This document shows, piece by piece, positions 12,851 to 23,500 of a stretch of 64,000 bases of DNA (position 1 is the stretch's first letter; the number at the start of each line of letters is the position of its first letter). The stretch spans positions 1 to 64,000 of the forward strand of contig CAWIGG010000002.1 in assembly GCA_963835575.1 (NCBI GenBank), given 5' to 3'. This DNA is from an uncultured Spirochaetota bacterium (GTDB lineage Bacteria; Spirochaetota; Brevinematia; Brevinematales; JAOACQ01). The position numbers and the translations under genes are program-made. The notes beneath the pieces are model-generated. The model was not told where the DNA came from and did not search any database. It was given only the letters and a program-made list of their open reading frames with translations.

Positions 12851-13594
12851 ATGACCAATGAAGCAACTATTGAAAAAATGCAGAAGATGAAACTGCATGG
12901 GATGTCCAGGGCGTTTGAGGATATCATTGCCGGTAAAACGCCTGACGGCCTGACTGCCGATGAAACAATTGCGCATCTTGTGGATTCGGAATGGGACGAA
13001 AGGTATAATCGGAAACTGTCATCTTTAATCAAAAGAGGGCGTTTCAGATATCAGGCTGGTCTGGAGAATCTTTCTTACCGTGCGGATAGAGAACTGGATA
13101 AAAATCTGATATTGAGGCTTTCGAATTGTGATTGGATACGAAAGAAAGAAAATATGATTATTACAGGCGCTACCGGCAGCGGGAAAAGCTATCTTGCATC
13201 AGCTTTCGGTAATCAGGCTTGCCGGCAGGGCTACAGGACCCTTTATTTCAACTGTTTGAAGATTTTTACCCGGTTAAAATTCGCAAAAGCGGAAGGTAGT
13301 TACTCAAAAGAAATGAATTTTATCCAGAAGCAGGATTTATTGATACTGGATGATTTTGGTCTTGAAATTCTTGATACACCCTCAAGATTGTCTCTTCTGG
13401 AAATGCTTGAGGACCGGCATGGTAAAAACTCTACTTTGATAACTTCTCAGCTGCCGGTAAAAGATTGGTTTGAAAAAATCGGTGATCCTACGATAGCTGA
13501 CGCAATCTGTGACAGGATAAATCATTCTGCTATTAAAATCGAATTGAAGGGGGTTGATTCTATGCGTAAAATTTATGCTAAAGATTCTGGATGA
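12851..13594 (+). CDS. istB: IS21 helper ATPase IstB
   Basis: GATGSGKS, LLILDDFG, TSQLP, ADAICDR. Confidence 0.95.
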   Translation: MTNEATIEKMQKMKLHGMSRAFEDIIAGKTPDGLTADETIAHLVDSEWDERYNRKLSSLIKRGRFRYQAGLENLSYRADRELDKNLILRLSNCDWIRKKENMIITGATGSGKSYLASAFGNQACRQGYRTLYFNCLKIFTRLKFAKAEGSYSKEMNFIQKQDLLILDDFGLEILDTPSRLSLLEMLEDRHGKNSTLITSQLPVKDWFEKIGDPTIADAICDRINHSAIKIELKGVDSMRKIYAKDSG

Positions 13595-13691
13595 AACATG
13601 CCACCTGCCTTAAAATGTTTTGGGAATTTTAGTGTTTTGAAAAGTGGTAACATTTCGCCCGGAACCCCGGCACATTTCACCGGAATACGCA

Positions 13692-14560
13692 AAACTGTTG
13701 TTATCTGAAATAACGGAAGAATATAATATATATAAAGGAGGACAATCATCATAAAGTTTTAACCAATTATTAAATAATTGTTTAATATTTTGTTCAATAG
13801 AATAAAAATAAACAAAATAAAAAGTTTCAAATTTATAATAAGAACTGGATTCATTTTGTTTATTTCTATTATGAAGAAATACAATTTCATGCGGATATTT
13901 TTCATTATTTATAAAACCTGATAAAATATTTCTATTAATTTCTTTCCTTATAAAAAACTGAAAAAAAATTGAAGTCATATTAATGTACGAATCAAGTTGA
14001 TTTAATGTAATTCCTTCTTTTGCTTTAAAAACTATAAATGCTTTTTCTGTAATTTTAAATTCATAATACATCTGGATAATTAAGGGATAATACAATTTAA
14101 AAAGAATAAATATATGCATTTTAACATTATCTAAAATATCAATATTCTGTCTTTTATTATATTTTATTGTTATGTCAGTTTCATTTTCATCTTGGCTAAA
14201 TTTATTATTTTGTAATGTTAACCAATGATATAAATTATCACTTCTTATATATAATTCATTAAATAGGATATTTTCATCTTCAAGATGAGCGCCTAAATAA
14301 CCTTGATAACATTGATAAGTAACTGTTTCATATCCACTGTTTGAAAAAGTATTTTTAATTCTATAGCAATTGAATAAAGTAATTTTATCCCCATTATTTA
14401 AAAGACCATGTATTATTTTGAAATTAAAATCTTTGATAAAAGGTTGAAATCTGCCATTTAAATGAAGATTTAGGTTATCTGAAACTTCTAACTCTCCAGA
14501 AATTGTATTTTCAATGTTTTCAATAATCCACCACTTACCTAAATAAATTTCTTCTTCCAA
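13692..14560 (-). pseudogene. ApeA-N-terminal-domain-like protein truncated by IS21 (HEPN part missing)
   Basis: GKWW...ISGEL...IIHG...G.KITLFNC N-terminal pattern; frame runs into the IS end. Confidence 0.55.
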
Positions 14561-14642
14561 TTATTATATCCTCTTATAATATTTTATTGTTCCCTAATAT
14601 ATTTCATTCCTTCCCCACCACAACCTTTATCTCTTCCACCGT

Positions 14643-17624
14643 TCAACCTAAATAAATCTTCTCAACCATCTCATCAATCTTCTTTTCAAGAAATTCAGCG
14701 TCCTTTAAATGTTTTTCATCTTTCTTGAATTCTATAATCTGTTTGACCATTTCCTCAATCTTCTGACATAGAGCGAATTTTTCTTTATTCTGGTGATCAG
14801 GCAGATAAATAGGTAATTGTTTGATATATTTGTTTTCATAAGAGTAAAAACCGCCACGTAAAGCTGTTGAAATAGTTTTTAGAAATTTATCTATTAAAGA
14901 TGAGTTTAATAAGCCAAGCAGATAAAAATAGTTAATTTTAATTTCTTCTTTAAGCAAAATACCATAAGCACCGGAAACTCCGGCACTGAATATAAAATCC
15001 CCTTCAGAATCATAAGCAAATGAACTATGAAAAGCATTAAATGGAGTTAATATTTTATATTTATTTAAAATCTGCATATTTTGCGGGCGGCTGTATGACC
15101 ACCAAATTTTTTTAAATCTCCCTTCTTCTCTTTCCAATAAAATACTTTTATTTTCTTTTTCTGAAAGGTAACTATAAGCTAAAGGATACATATCTTCTAA
15201 GGTCTTTTCAGAAATCAATTTCCCAAGATTATCATAAGGAAATATGATATATTCATTGTTTCTTTCGATTGAATATCTTTTTATGTTTTTTCCTTTTACA
15301 TAAGGTTTTATAATATCTTTTTCAATATCAAATTCTTTTGATAAAGAAGATGAATAACATTTACATTTTTTGCTGCCATTTTCAATAAGTTTTACAATAA
15401 AAACTGGGTCTGCTCCTGCTTTAGGACCTTGAAATATATTTGTAGTTATATCTTCAAGAATAGGTTTATTTTTTCTTATTTTATCTAAAAAAGCTTCGTT
15501 TTCCGTATTTACAAAAATCCAATTTTCAGAGTTAATTTTATTAGAATCAACTCGATAAAAGCTTAAGCCATTATTTATTTCTTGTTCTATATTATCAACT
15601 TCGTTCTTAAATTCGAAATATTCAAAACTGTCTTTGTATTGACCGCTTAAAAAAAGAAGACATGTATATGTAGTTGCATTTTCAAACACTTGATTTATGC
15701 CAAAGTGCAGAATTTTATTGATGTTCTTCTTTTCAGAAATCAACTCTCTAACATTGAGGCCGTAATTAGAATTAAAAAACTTATGCGGGCAAATATAACC
15801 AACTAAACCGTCTGTCTTTAGCAATTCTAATGCTTTTTCAATGAATATGATATAAATATCAAAATTACCCTGACTGCCTGATTTATATAATTTCTTATAA
15901 AGCTCTGTGGCTTGTGGTTGAAAACTTTGCAATTCCTGGGTTTTTATATACGGAGGATTCCCTATAATACAGTCAAAGCCGCCTTTATTAAAAATATCTG
16001 AAAATTCTGTTTTCCAATCGAAAGGTTTAATGTCCTCCGCTCCAAACATATCATTGGAAAACAATTGCTCCCGGTCAATCAGCGAATTTCCGCACTTCAC
16101 ATTCGCCGTCATATCTGGCAGAATATGTCCTTTCATAAATAGCATTGCCTGGCCCTTGTCAAAGCCTTCGTCCAGTAGTTTTAAATAGAGGCTCATAATC
16201 GCCACTTCGGTGGCTTCCCTGTCGATATCCACGCCGAATATGTTGTTTTTAAGGATTCTGGCTTTTTTCTGCAAAGTAAGATGGATTTCACCGTCCGGGG
16301 TTTCAAAAAAGTCGTTTTTATAATTCTTCCGGACGGTTTTAGAAAGTCGGGAATAATAATCTTGATGGTATTTTATCAGATAATCAAAAGCCCCAAGCAG
16401 GAAACTGCCCGAACCACAGGCGGGGTCTAATATTTTAAGTTGTTCAATTTCTTCAGAGGTTTTACCTTTGATTTTCTCTCCTACTGTATTTTCGACTATG
16501 TATTTGACGATATATTCAGGAGTATAAAAAACACCACCAGCATGATTTACTTCTGGCTTCATTTCAACCTTTGCATGGTGATCTTCTGTTAACCGAATTT
16601 TTGAACCGAGAAATCTTTCATAAATTCGGCCCAATATTTCGGGCTCTATTTTATCAAACCTGAAAGGAGAAACTTCTGAACTCATACTTTTTATAATATC
16701 CTTTATGATTTTATTATCAATTTCAAGTTCTTCACTAAAATGTTTTTTGAAAAGAAGACCGTTATAATCAATATCGAATTTGCGGAATAAGGGAATTATG
16801 CATTTATAAAAATGCGCGTCCTCATCATCTTGGCGGTCAACAAGATTCATAAGAAGATTCTCATCCTCAATGTTTCTATCCTCAAGGTTCCTGATAAAGA
16901 CAAGACGATCAAGAATTCTTTGAACAGCTTCATTGATTTCATCGACGGTTAAGTTTTTATTTCTGTTAGCAACATTCCGGGCGAGTATTTCTCTCCAGTC
17001 AATAATATCATTTAAAAATTCATCATCTAATGTTTTTGTATTTCTTGAAACTTTTCCTGCAAGATTTTCAATACTACCGTCATAAACTGCTTCTTTTGAA
17101 AAGTTAGTCCAAATTATATCCCATTTATCTAAATAATCGGTATATTTTAAATCCAGTTCTTTAATTAATCCTTGCAGAGGATTTTCAAAACGTGGTCTTT
17201 CTAGGCCATTAAAAACCCGGAATTCCTGAAAGTCGGTGAGAATGACTATAGGGGCTTTACCATGAGATGAAAAGGCATACCTTTTAGCCTGAAAGACAGG
17301 TTTTGCGTCGGTAAGAGAAACCCACGGGGCTTTTGCTTCCACAAAGAATTTTTCTTTAAATTTATTGTTATCTTTTACTCTGAAAGCATAATCTGGTTTT
17401 TTTGTAGAAGAATCATCCCTCTGCGAAAATTCACGGTGAACATCCCAGACTTGACGGTTTAAATTGGTTTGTTCCAGTTCCCAACCAAGAGCGGTAAAAA
17501 GCGGGTCAATAAAACGGTTTCTGGTTTCTGTTTCCTGAAAAGCTTTTGAAAGATAAATACTTTCGTTTTTGTTAAAATCATCAACTTTTTGTTCAACTAA
17601 CAAAAGCCCCTCTTGTTTTTTCAT
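14643..17624 (-). CDS. Type IIG-like fused restriction-modification enzyme (N6-adenine MTase)
   Basis: KPDY...VEAK nuclease, ILDPACGSGSFL, IGNPPY, C-terminal TRD. Confidence 0.9.
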   Translation of the reverse strand: MKKQEGLLLVEQKVDDFNKNESIYLSKAFQETETRNRFIDPLFTALGWELEQTNLNRQVWDVHREFSQRDDSSTKKPDYAFRVKDNNKFKEKFFVEAKAPWVSLTDAKPVFQAKRYAFSSHGKAPIVILTDFQEFRVFNGLERPRFENPLQGLIKELDLKYTDYLDKWDIIWTNFSKEAVYDGSIENLAGKVSRNTKTLDDEFLNDIIDWREILARNVANRNKNLTVDEINEAVQRILDRLVFIRNLEDRNIEDENLLMNLVDRQDDEDAHFYKCIIPLFRKFDIDYNGLLFKKHFSEELEIDNKIIKDIIKSMSSEVSPFRFDKIEPEILGRIYERFLGSKIRLTEDHHAKVEMKPEVNHAGGVFYTPEYIVKYIVENTVGEKIKGKTSEEIEQLKILDPACGSGSFLLGAFDYLIKYHQDYYSRLSKTVRKNYKNDFFETPDGEIHLTLQKKARILKNNIFGVDIDREATEVAIMSLYLKLLDEGFDKGQAMLFMKGHILPDMTANVKCGNSLIDREQLFSNDMFGAEDIKPFDWKTEFSDIFNKGGFDCIIGNPPYIKTQELQSFQPQATELYKKLYKSGSQGNFDIYIIFIEKALELLKTDGLVGYICPHKFFNSNYGLNVRELISEKKNINKILHFGINQVFENATTYTCLLFLSGQYKDSFEYFEFKNEVDNIEQEINNGLSFYRVDSNKINSENWIFVNTENEAFLDKIRKNKPILEDITTNIFQGPKAGADPVFIVKLIENGSKKCKCYSSSLSKEFDIEKDIIKPYVKGKNIKRYSIERNNEYIIFPYDNLGKLISEKTLEDMYPLAYSYLSEKENKSILLEREEGRFKKIWWSYSRPQNMQILNKYKILTPFNAFHSSFAYDSEGDFIFSAGVSGAYGILLKEEIKINYFYLLGLLNSSLIDKFLKTISTALRGGFYSYENKYIKQLPIYLPDHQNKEKFALCQKIEEMVKQIIEFKKDEKHLKDAEFLEKKIDEMVEKIYLG

Positions 17625-17655
17625 TCGTTATTTCCTTTGGTTTATTTAGAGATTG

Positions 17656-17684
17656 ATTATACACCCCACGCCGTTTTCCGGCAA
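17656..17684 (-). promoter_or_regulatory. Cassette-borne sigma70 promoter
   Basis: TTGCCG-17-TATAAT upstream of the R-M gene. Confidence 0.7.
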
Positions 17685-17729
17685 GGATGCCGGAAAAATT
17701 TAATTACCAGCTTCGGCCCGGAAAATTTC

Positions 17730-17888
17730 GTACAACGGTGCGGCTATACGACGTTTTGCGGCCCGTAGGGTTGGCGTCTTTTTTGCATCCCACGCGCAAA
17801 AAAGATGACAAAGCAAAATGTGGGCGAAGCCCTGAGCACCGCCCGGAGCCGCGCGAGGACGGAGCGGAACGTATAGCCGTTGTTGTGC
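17730..17888 (-). repeat. attC-like site (159 bp)
   Basis: GTACAAC-GGT-GCGGCTATACG ... CGTATAGCCGT-T-GTTGTGC. Confidence 0.85.
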
Positions 17889-17952
17889 GAAGTTTTCCGG
17901 GTCGAATGTCGTACCAGAAAGCCGTAGCCACGATGGCGAAGGCTTTCCGTCG

Positions 17953-18504
17953 TTATTTCCCATAAACTATAGAAATTATAAAAGACACTATTAATACAAG
18001 ATAAGCTATAAAAAATATTTGAAAATTAAATTTTATCTTGAATAATAGCGAGTATTTTTTATTCATTTTATCTAAGTTTTCTTTGATAATATATTTGTAA
18101 TCAGCGACAATCGTATCAACAGCTTGAGCCTTTTTATTCTCAAGGTATAAATCAATAGCTTCATAATCATATTCTGTCAATGTAATTGGTTCAAGACCGT
18201 TTAATATTTCTTTAAAAAGTAATATAAAAGATATTCCTATCATTAGAGTACAAATAGAAATAAATGAAGATAATATTATATGTATGGTTAATACGTCAGG
18301 ACTCAATTTATCAAAGATGAAAACGTGTTTAATATTATTAATTTGTTCCTTAAAAATTAGTATTAATGTCGATAATAATATTGAAATAATTGTCAGATAA
18401 AAACTTATTTTTTGATTAAAACTCTGGTATCTATCCAAAATTCCATCATTTTTATATTTTAAATAACTTATCGGGTCAAATTTTATTTCTTTATTTTTTG
18501 CCAT
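17953..18504 (-). CDS. 3-TM membrane protein, topology reminiscent of Pycsar/DUF5706-type effectors
   Basis: Helix, two TM segments, soluble loop, N...KK helix, C-terminal TM; start overlaps the ligase stop. Confidence 0.6.
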   Translation of the reverse strand: MAKNKEIKFDPISYLKYKNDGILDRYQSFNQKISFYLTIISILLSTLILIFKEQINNIKHVFIFDKLSPDVLTIHIILSSFISICTLMIGISFILLFKEILNGLEPITLTEYDYEAIDLYLENKKAQAVDTIVADYKYIIKENLDKMNKKYSLLFKIKFNFQIFFIAYLVLIVSFIISIVYGK

Positions 18505-19426
18505 AAAAAAATTCCCCTATACTTTTACTGATATTGAGATTTAAAATTTCATCAATCCAAGCCCATTGACCATTAGGATTCAAGTCTAAAAAATAATAAT
18601 CACCTGTTTTGCTATAAATAAGATCCATTGAAGAAAAATTTAAGTTAAATTGTTCGACTATTTTCTTACACCTGACTTTTATTTCTTCTGGAAGTTCTAT
18701 TAAAGAATAAGGCACTGACAAACAATTATTTACCCGCCAATCTTCCTGAGTGTCTATATTGTTCTGAGAATCTATTTTAATTGCAAATAAGTCATTACCG
18801 ACTACAATTATTCTTAGCTCATATTCTTTTTCAATATATTCTTGTATCAATGCAGGGAAATTATTTACTAAAGTCAAATCATCGCTTTTCTCTAATTTAC
18901 TATTGTATGGTATAAAATTATTTCCGTTTATTTCGTGAACACCCAAATATAGTGGTTTTATACAATATGGTTTATCATTCTGGATGAAACTGACCAGTTC
19001 ATTATGGCTATTAGTAATGATGGTATCCGGCACATTGAAGCCAATTGTTTTAGCGGTTTTTAATTGTAGAATTTTATCTTCAGCTATCCTTGTATTGTTC
19101 GGGTGACTCATCCATTTAACATTTAGATTATTAATACTATATTCATAAAATAGTCTGGCTTCAATTGCTAATTCATCACTTAATGTTTGATTGTTTTCTA
19201 TATTTACTTTGGGATTAACAGGTCTTCGATATAAAATACCGGATAATTCATTGTTATTAATTCGGCACTGGTTTACTTTATTCTTAATAGTGAAATTATC
19301 TAAAGTATATTTTATTTCATAATCAGTTATAAAATTATCAGTATCGAAACGAAAAGATGGAACATTTAACCGGGAATTAAGATAATCAACTGTTTTATCT
19401 TCGGAATTAGTAATTATTAAAATCAT
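18491..19426 (-). CDS. ATP-grasp RiPP maturase (MvdC/MvdD/RimK-like)
   Basis: YRRP, AEDKILQL..A..IGF.VPDT.ITN, IKPL, QEYIEKEYELRI, DWR, LDLNPNGQWAW. Confidence 0.9.
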   Translation of the reverse strand: MILIITNSEDKTVDYLNSRLNVPSFRFDTDNFITDYEIKYTLDNFTIKNKVNQCRINNNELSGILYRRPVNPKVNIENNQTLSDELAIEARLFYEYSINNLNVKWMSHPNNTRIAEDKILQLKTAKTIGFNVPDTIITNSHNELVSFIQNDKPYCIKPLYLGVHEINGNNFIPYNSKLEKSDDLTLVNNFPALIQEYIEKEYELRIIVVGNDLFAIKIDSQNNIDTQEDWRVNNCLSVPYSLIELPEEIKVRCKKIVEQFNLNFSSMDLIYSKTGDYYFLDLNPNGQWAWIDEILNLNISKSIGEFFYGKK

Positions 19427-19707
19427 ATATTATCGCTATCGGTTTCTTCAATTCTTGTTTTAGTTATTGTTTGAGTGCCAAGATTGCTTAAATTATATAA
19501 TGCTGAAGGGTCTCTATCTGTTACTTCTGATTTAACATCAGTACATGTTTGAGTCCCTAAATTATTATTATGAGAATCATGAATTACTCGGTCTTTGTCA
19601 GTAGTTTCAGATTTAACTTCTGTAAAAGTTTGAGTGCCAAGAAAAATTTTATTACTCTGCCGAATCATTTTTGATTTTCTTAAAACTAAAATATCATTTA
19701 CTTTCAT
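19423..19707 (-). CDS. Tri-core graspetide (omega-ester peptide) precursor, 94 aa
   Basis: RBS GGAGGT; three LGTQTxTxxxxExTDxD repeats; ATGA overlap with the ligase. Confidence 0.85.
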   Translation of the reverse strand: MKVNDILVLRKSKMIRQSNKIFLGTQTFTEVKSETTDKDRVIHDSHNNNLGTQTCTDVKSEVTDRDPSALYNLSNLGTQTITKTRIEETDSDNI

Positions 19708-19753
19708 AAGTTTACCTCCCATTATAAAAAACATTTTACAAGCATCCACTTCC

Positions 19754-19956
19754 TCTCTCAAAGTTCCGGCTCCGACTCTAAAAGAATCCAATTACTCTCT
19801 TTTAGACCCGGTTTGGATTCTCAAAGAGTCTAATTACTCTCTCAAAGAGTCCAATTGGTTTCTAAAAGACCCGGCTTCGACTCTAAAAGAGTCTAATTGC
19901 TCTCTCAAAGAATCTAATTTGTTTCTTTAAGAATCGGACTGGTTTCTAAAAGAATC
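19754..19956. repeat. Degenerate 21-bp tandem repeat, about 10 units
   Basis: Units such as TCTCTCAAAGAGTCCAATTGG and ACTCTAAAAGAGTCTAATTGC at 21-bp period. Confidence 0.85.
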
Positions 19957-19974
19957 AAAAAGCCATTTCGGATA

Positions 19975-20007
19975 AAAATAAACAGGGGGAACCGCTAAGG
20001 CTCCCCC
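19975..20007 (-). terminator. Rho-independent terminator
   Basis: GGGGGAGCC-ttagc-GGTTCCCCC followed by T-rich tail on the minus strand. Confidence 0.75.
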
Positions 20008-20018
20008 ATCCATAACAT

Positions 20019-20513
20019 TTACTTCGCTTGTGTTGCTGCCGCATTTGCGGGTGTTCCTTTTGGTCTGCCGGGAAAACGGGCGGAAAGATCGTCATAAACA
20101 TTCTTTGCCCCTGAAATATTCGACTTTGCGGCACTTTTGGCGGCGTTATAAAGAATCAATGCGCCTGCGTAAGCTTCGCTTCCTGAAAGCAGCATTGTGT
20201 CGTTCAATGCGTCCGTAATCTGAGAAAGCGGCTGAAAAATAGAACGGATGGAAACCACTGCGTTAACATCGGTTTTAAATGCGTCCACATCAAGAAACGG
20301 CGGAACGATGTCAGCGTTAGATTTACAGTACTCCAACGCCTTCTGTACAAAGGGAACCGTTTTGTCGCCCATTTTGGGCATTTCATGCCGTTCATCGGCG
20401 GAAAGGGTTTTGAGGTTAGGCAAAAGTTTAGCTTTCAGAGTCGCAATTGCTGCCGTTACCTCGGCCATGTCACTTTCGGGTAGCTGGAATGAAACGAGAT
20501 TCTGTTGAGCCAT
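20019..20513 (-). CDS. Conserved-looking helical hypothetical protein (164 aa), in frame with the end of the KAP ORF
   Basis: Own RBS AAAGGAGG-ATG; GC-richer codon usage; KMGDK..FVQKA, DTMLLSGSEAY motifs. Confidence 0.7.
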   Translation of the reverse strand: MAQQNLVSFQLPESDMAEVTAAIATLKAKLLPNLKTLSADERHEMPKMGDKTVPFVQKALEYCKSNADIVPPFLDVDAFKTDVNAVVSIRSIFQPLSQITDALNDTMLLSGSEAYAGALILYNAAKSAAKSNISGAKNVYDDLSARFPGRPKGTPANAAATQAK

Positions 20514-23500
20514 TTTTTCCTCCTTTATAATTGGTGTCATTTTAACCTCCGTTATTACTAAGTTATTTTCTAAATTTATTGTAACTGGTTTATATTTTTT
20601 TAAGTTATCAATTATCTGCTCTAATGTTATCTCTTTTTTATTTAAACTCTTTATCAAATCAGAAGGAATGACTTCAGTATAATTTTGTTTTCTTATTTCA
20701 TCCTCAAAGAGAAGTTTATGTATTTTGTTAAATTTAAGATAAATATTATCTATTAGGCGATAATATTCATCAAAAGAGCTGATTAATTGTTTGTGTTTTA
20801 AATTATAAACTGCATCAATTGATATAATTAAAAGATCGGTAAAATTTTGAGGGTATGTTTTATAATTTTCAGGAATTTCACTATAAATATTCACAAAATA
20901 TTCATAAGCACTATTCAAAGATTCAAAAAGATTTGTTTCATCAATACAATGTTCCACATCCTTTTTAAAATATCCATTTAAAAGCCTACATAAACTTAAA
21001 ATTACATCATGAGATAGGCGGAGGTAGCTACCTTGATATTCATTCCATGTACTGTATGTAAAAGAAAATTTATTGTTTAATATAAAATTAAGACAATAAT
21101 TTATTTTTTCTTGTTCTAATTTTCTTTTTTCATCATTTATTGTTATACCTATTAATTCATATAAAAATAAAAGTAAAATTGATTTTATTTCTCGATTTTC
21201 AGTTTCTTCAAAATATTTTATTGTAAGACTAATTACTTCGTCAATTTGAACTTTAGTAAATTTACTATCATAATAAAAAATCATTTTTATAATCTCATTT
21301 ACTTTATGTGAATCAGACTTATAATATTTCGGGTCAACCTGATAAACAGGGAATATTTCCTTAATGAAACTAGAATTGATATATATCGAAGCCCAATCAG
21401 TAGAATAAAAGGACCTTGGTTGCCAGAGAAGTTTGCTCATAAAATCATCTGAGTCTCTATCAAATTTAATCTTACCTTCTGAGATATAATGAAGAGTCCC
21501 AAGTATCACTTTTTTTATTAAATCAAAATCCTTAAAATCATGCTCATTGCCTCCAACAATAGTATTATAAATCTTTTCAAAATAATTCATAATCAACACT
21601 TTATGTTCACGAGAACCGGGTAAACTATTGAATAGAACGATTTTTAATTTAAATAAGCTCATTGTTGCGTCTATACAATCTGTTTCTTGCAATTCTTTTA
21701 TTTTATTGATATGTTCATTAATCATTTTGTTACTAAACTCATATTTACGCAATATGGGATTAATATAATAAAGAATAGAATTTTTATTAAGAATGGAAAG
21801 ATCATCAATGACAAGACGTTTATCTTTAATACCTACTTTATCATTTGGAACTAATTCAAAACCGATTAACTCAAATATTTTGAATATCCGGTTAGATTTT
21901 GCATTTTTTAACATAAATATTTCATTATCTCTGGGTTTTAATAACAAATCTTTTAGATATTTAATAATTTCATTTTTTGTTCCCGCATATTCAGCATTAT
22001 CTAACGGATGATCCAATTCTTTTTTCATATGGTATAAAAAGTCGAAGTAAAACTCAACATTAATATTTTTCAAAGCACTCATCAAGAAAATATCTCTAGG
22101 AATTATTAAATCTATGATATGTGCGTTTTCTGTCAATTTCGTCATTTTCAGGATAGTTTGAAAGAAATCATTGAAAGTGAGTTTAACTTCTCTATATGAA
22201 TGAAATAAATCATATAATTCTCCATTGTCGATAAGAGAATCAAGCATCTTTATGATTTCTTCTTTGTCTTTATCGGCAATTTCAAACATCGTATTTTTAT
22301 TATTCAAATATTCTTTGATTCTGTTCCATTCTTCTTTTAAAAATTTTACTATTTCGTTTTGATTACCTTCTGTATTGATTTCAATTACTGTATTAAATAT
22401 TTTATAAATAAATGAAGAATCCGCTTCATTCATTACAGAGGATATGACTTTATTTACGATGTTGACATCCATTCCGGAAATGGAAACCACATTTTGGAAT
22501 CCAGTAATATACCGGATTGTTTTCAATAACGAAATACATTCTTGACTATCAATGACTCTATCAATATCATCAAATATGACAACAAGTTTTTTTTTATTTT
22601 GGTGCCTTAAGGCTATGAAAATTAATTCATTTATAGATTCTCGATCTATTTCAATGTTATTTTTTTTAATAAAAATATTAAACGATTTAGAAATGTCTTT
22701 AATCAATGTATTATCAGTGGCATTTACCAGCCATTCGAAATAATTATAAAAATCATCGGGAATAGTAATTATTGATTTCTTTAAAAAATTCAAAATACCC
22801 ATTTCTAGTTCTTTAATTATCTTTGTATGATCTTTTAACTTCCAAGCATTAATCCATAATACCTCATATTCATTTTTGTTTTTCAGCCTTTTACCCAATG
22901 TGTTTAATATGCTCGTTTTCCCAGAACCCCATTTCCCGTTTAGTAAAACGGAAAAATAATTTCGGTTTTTGTCTATTAGTGAAATAGTAGTTTCAAGTTG
23001 TTTAACATAAAAAAATTCAGAACTTTCTTCTGTAATTTCTTCTAATGGTTCATCATCAAATAGAAATGTATGATCATTATTTTTTTTCTTTGAAAGCGAT
23101 TTGATAGTTAAAAATATAAAATTTATTGTTAAACAAATAACCAAGATTAATTCTGGCATTGTCGAATATTGTTTATAATTATTATGCAAATAGTTTATAG
23201 GAAGTATAAAAGAATTTACTATAATAAATAACAACACAATATTAACGAATATCTGCATGAATTTTTTATGTACAAAGAATGTTTGTATAATTTTTCCGAT
23301 TTGGTTCCATTGTCTGTTAAACAGATTGTTTAAAAGAATCGATAAGATGCCGAATTGAACAAATATAAATGCGAAGTAAATGATTTCTTTAAAAGAGTGG
23401 TATTTACCAATGGCATTTAATAAGTCAGAGGGAATAAAAGATTTTTCAATATCATAAATACTGATTAATATATTTCTAATTCCTAATATATCAACAGAGA

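Larger units (their letters stand above)
11100..13691 (+). mobile_element. IS21-family element
   Basis: TG...CA ends with multiple subterminal repeats (GAAACATGCC); istA-istB; no TSD visible. Confidence 0.9.

Noticed and set aside
13610..13691. C-terminus of the 316-aa ORF, and N-terminus of 10923-11222
   Set aside because: Both are read-through into IS21 ends.
14600..14650. Possible attC between the ApeA-like and R-M genes (CACAAC...GTTCAAC)
   Set aside because: No paired arms or shared attC motifs.
17687..17965. Short ORFs over attC sites (also 1247-1532, 3589-3820, 42042-42329, 46081-46299)
   Set aside because: Stop-poor GC-rich palindromic DNA with no RBS or family motifs.
19754..19956. 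21-bp array as CRISPR or TIGR array
   Set aside because: The period is too short, variable parts recur between units rather than being unique spacers, and no cas or Nop-domain gene was recognised.
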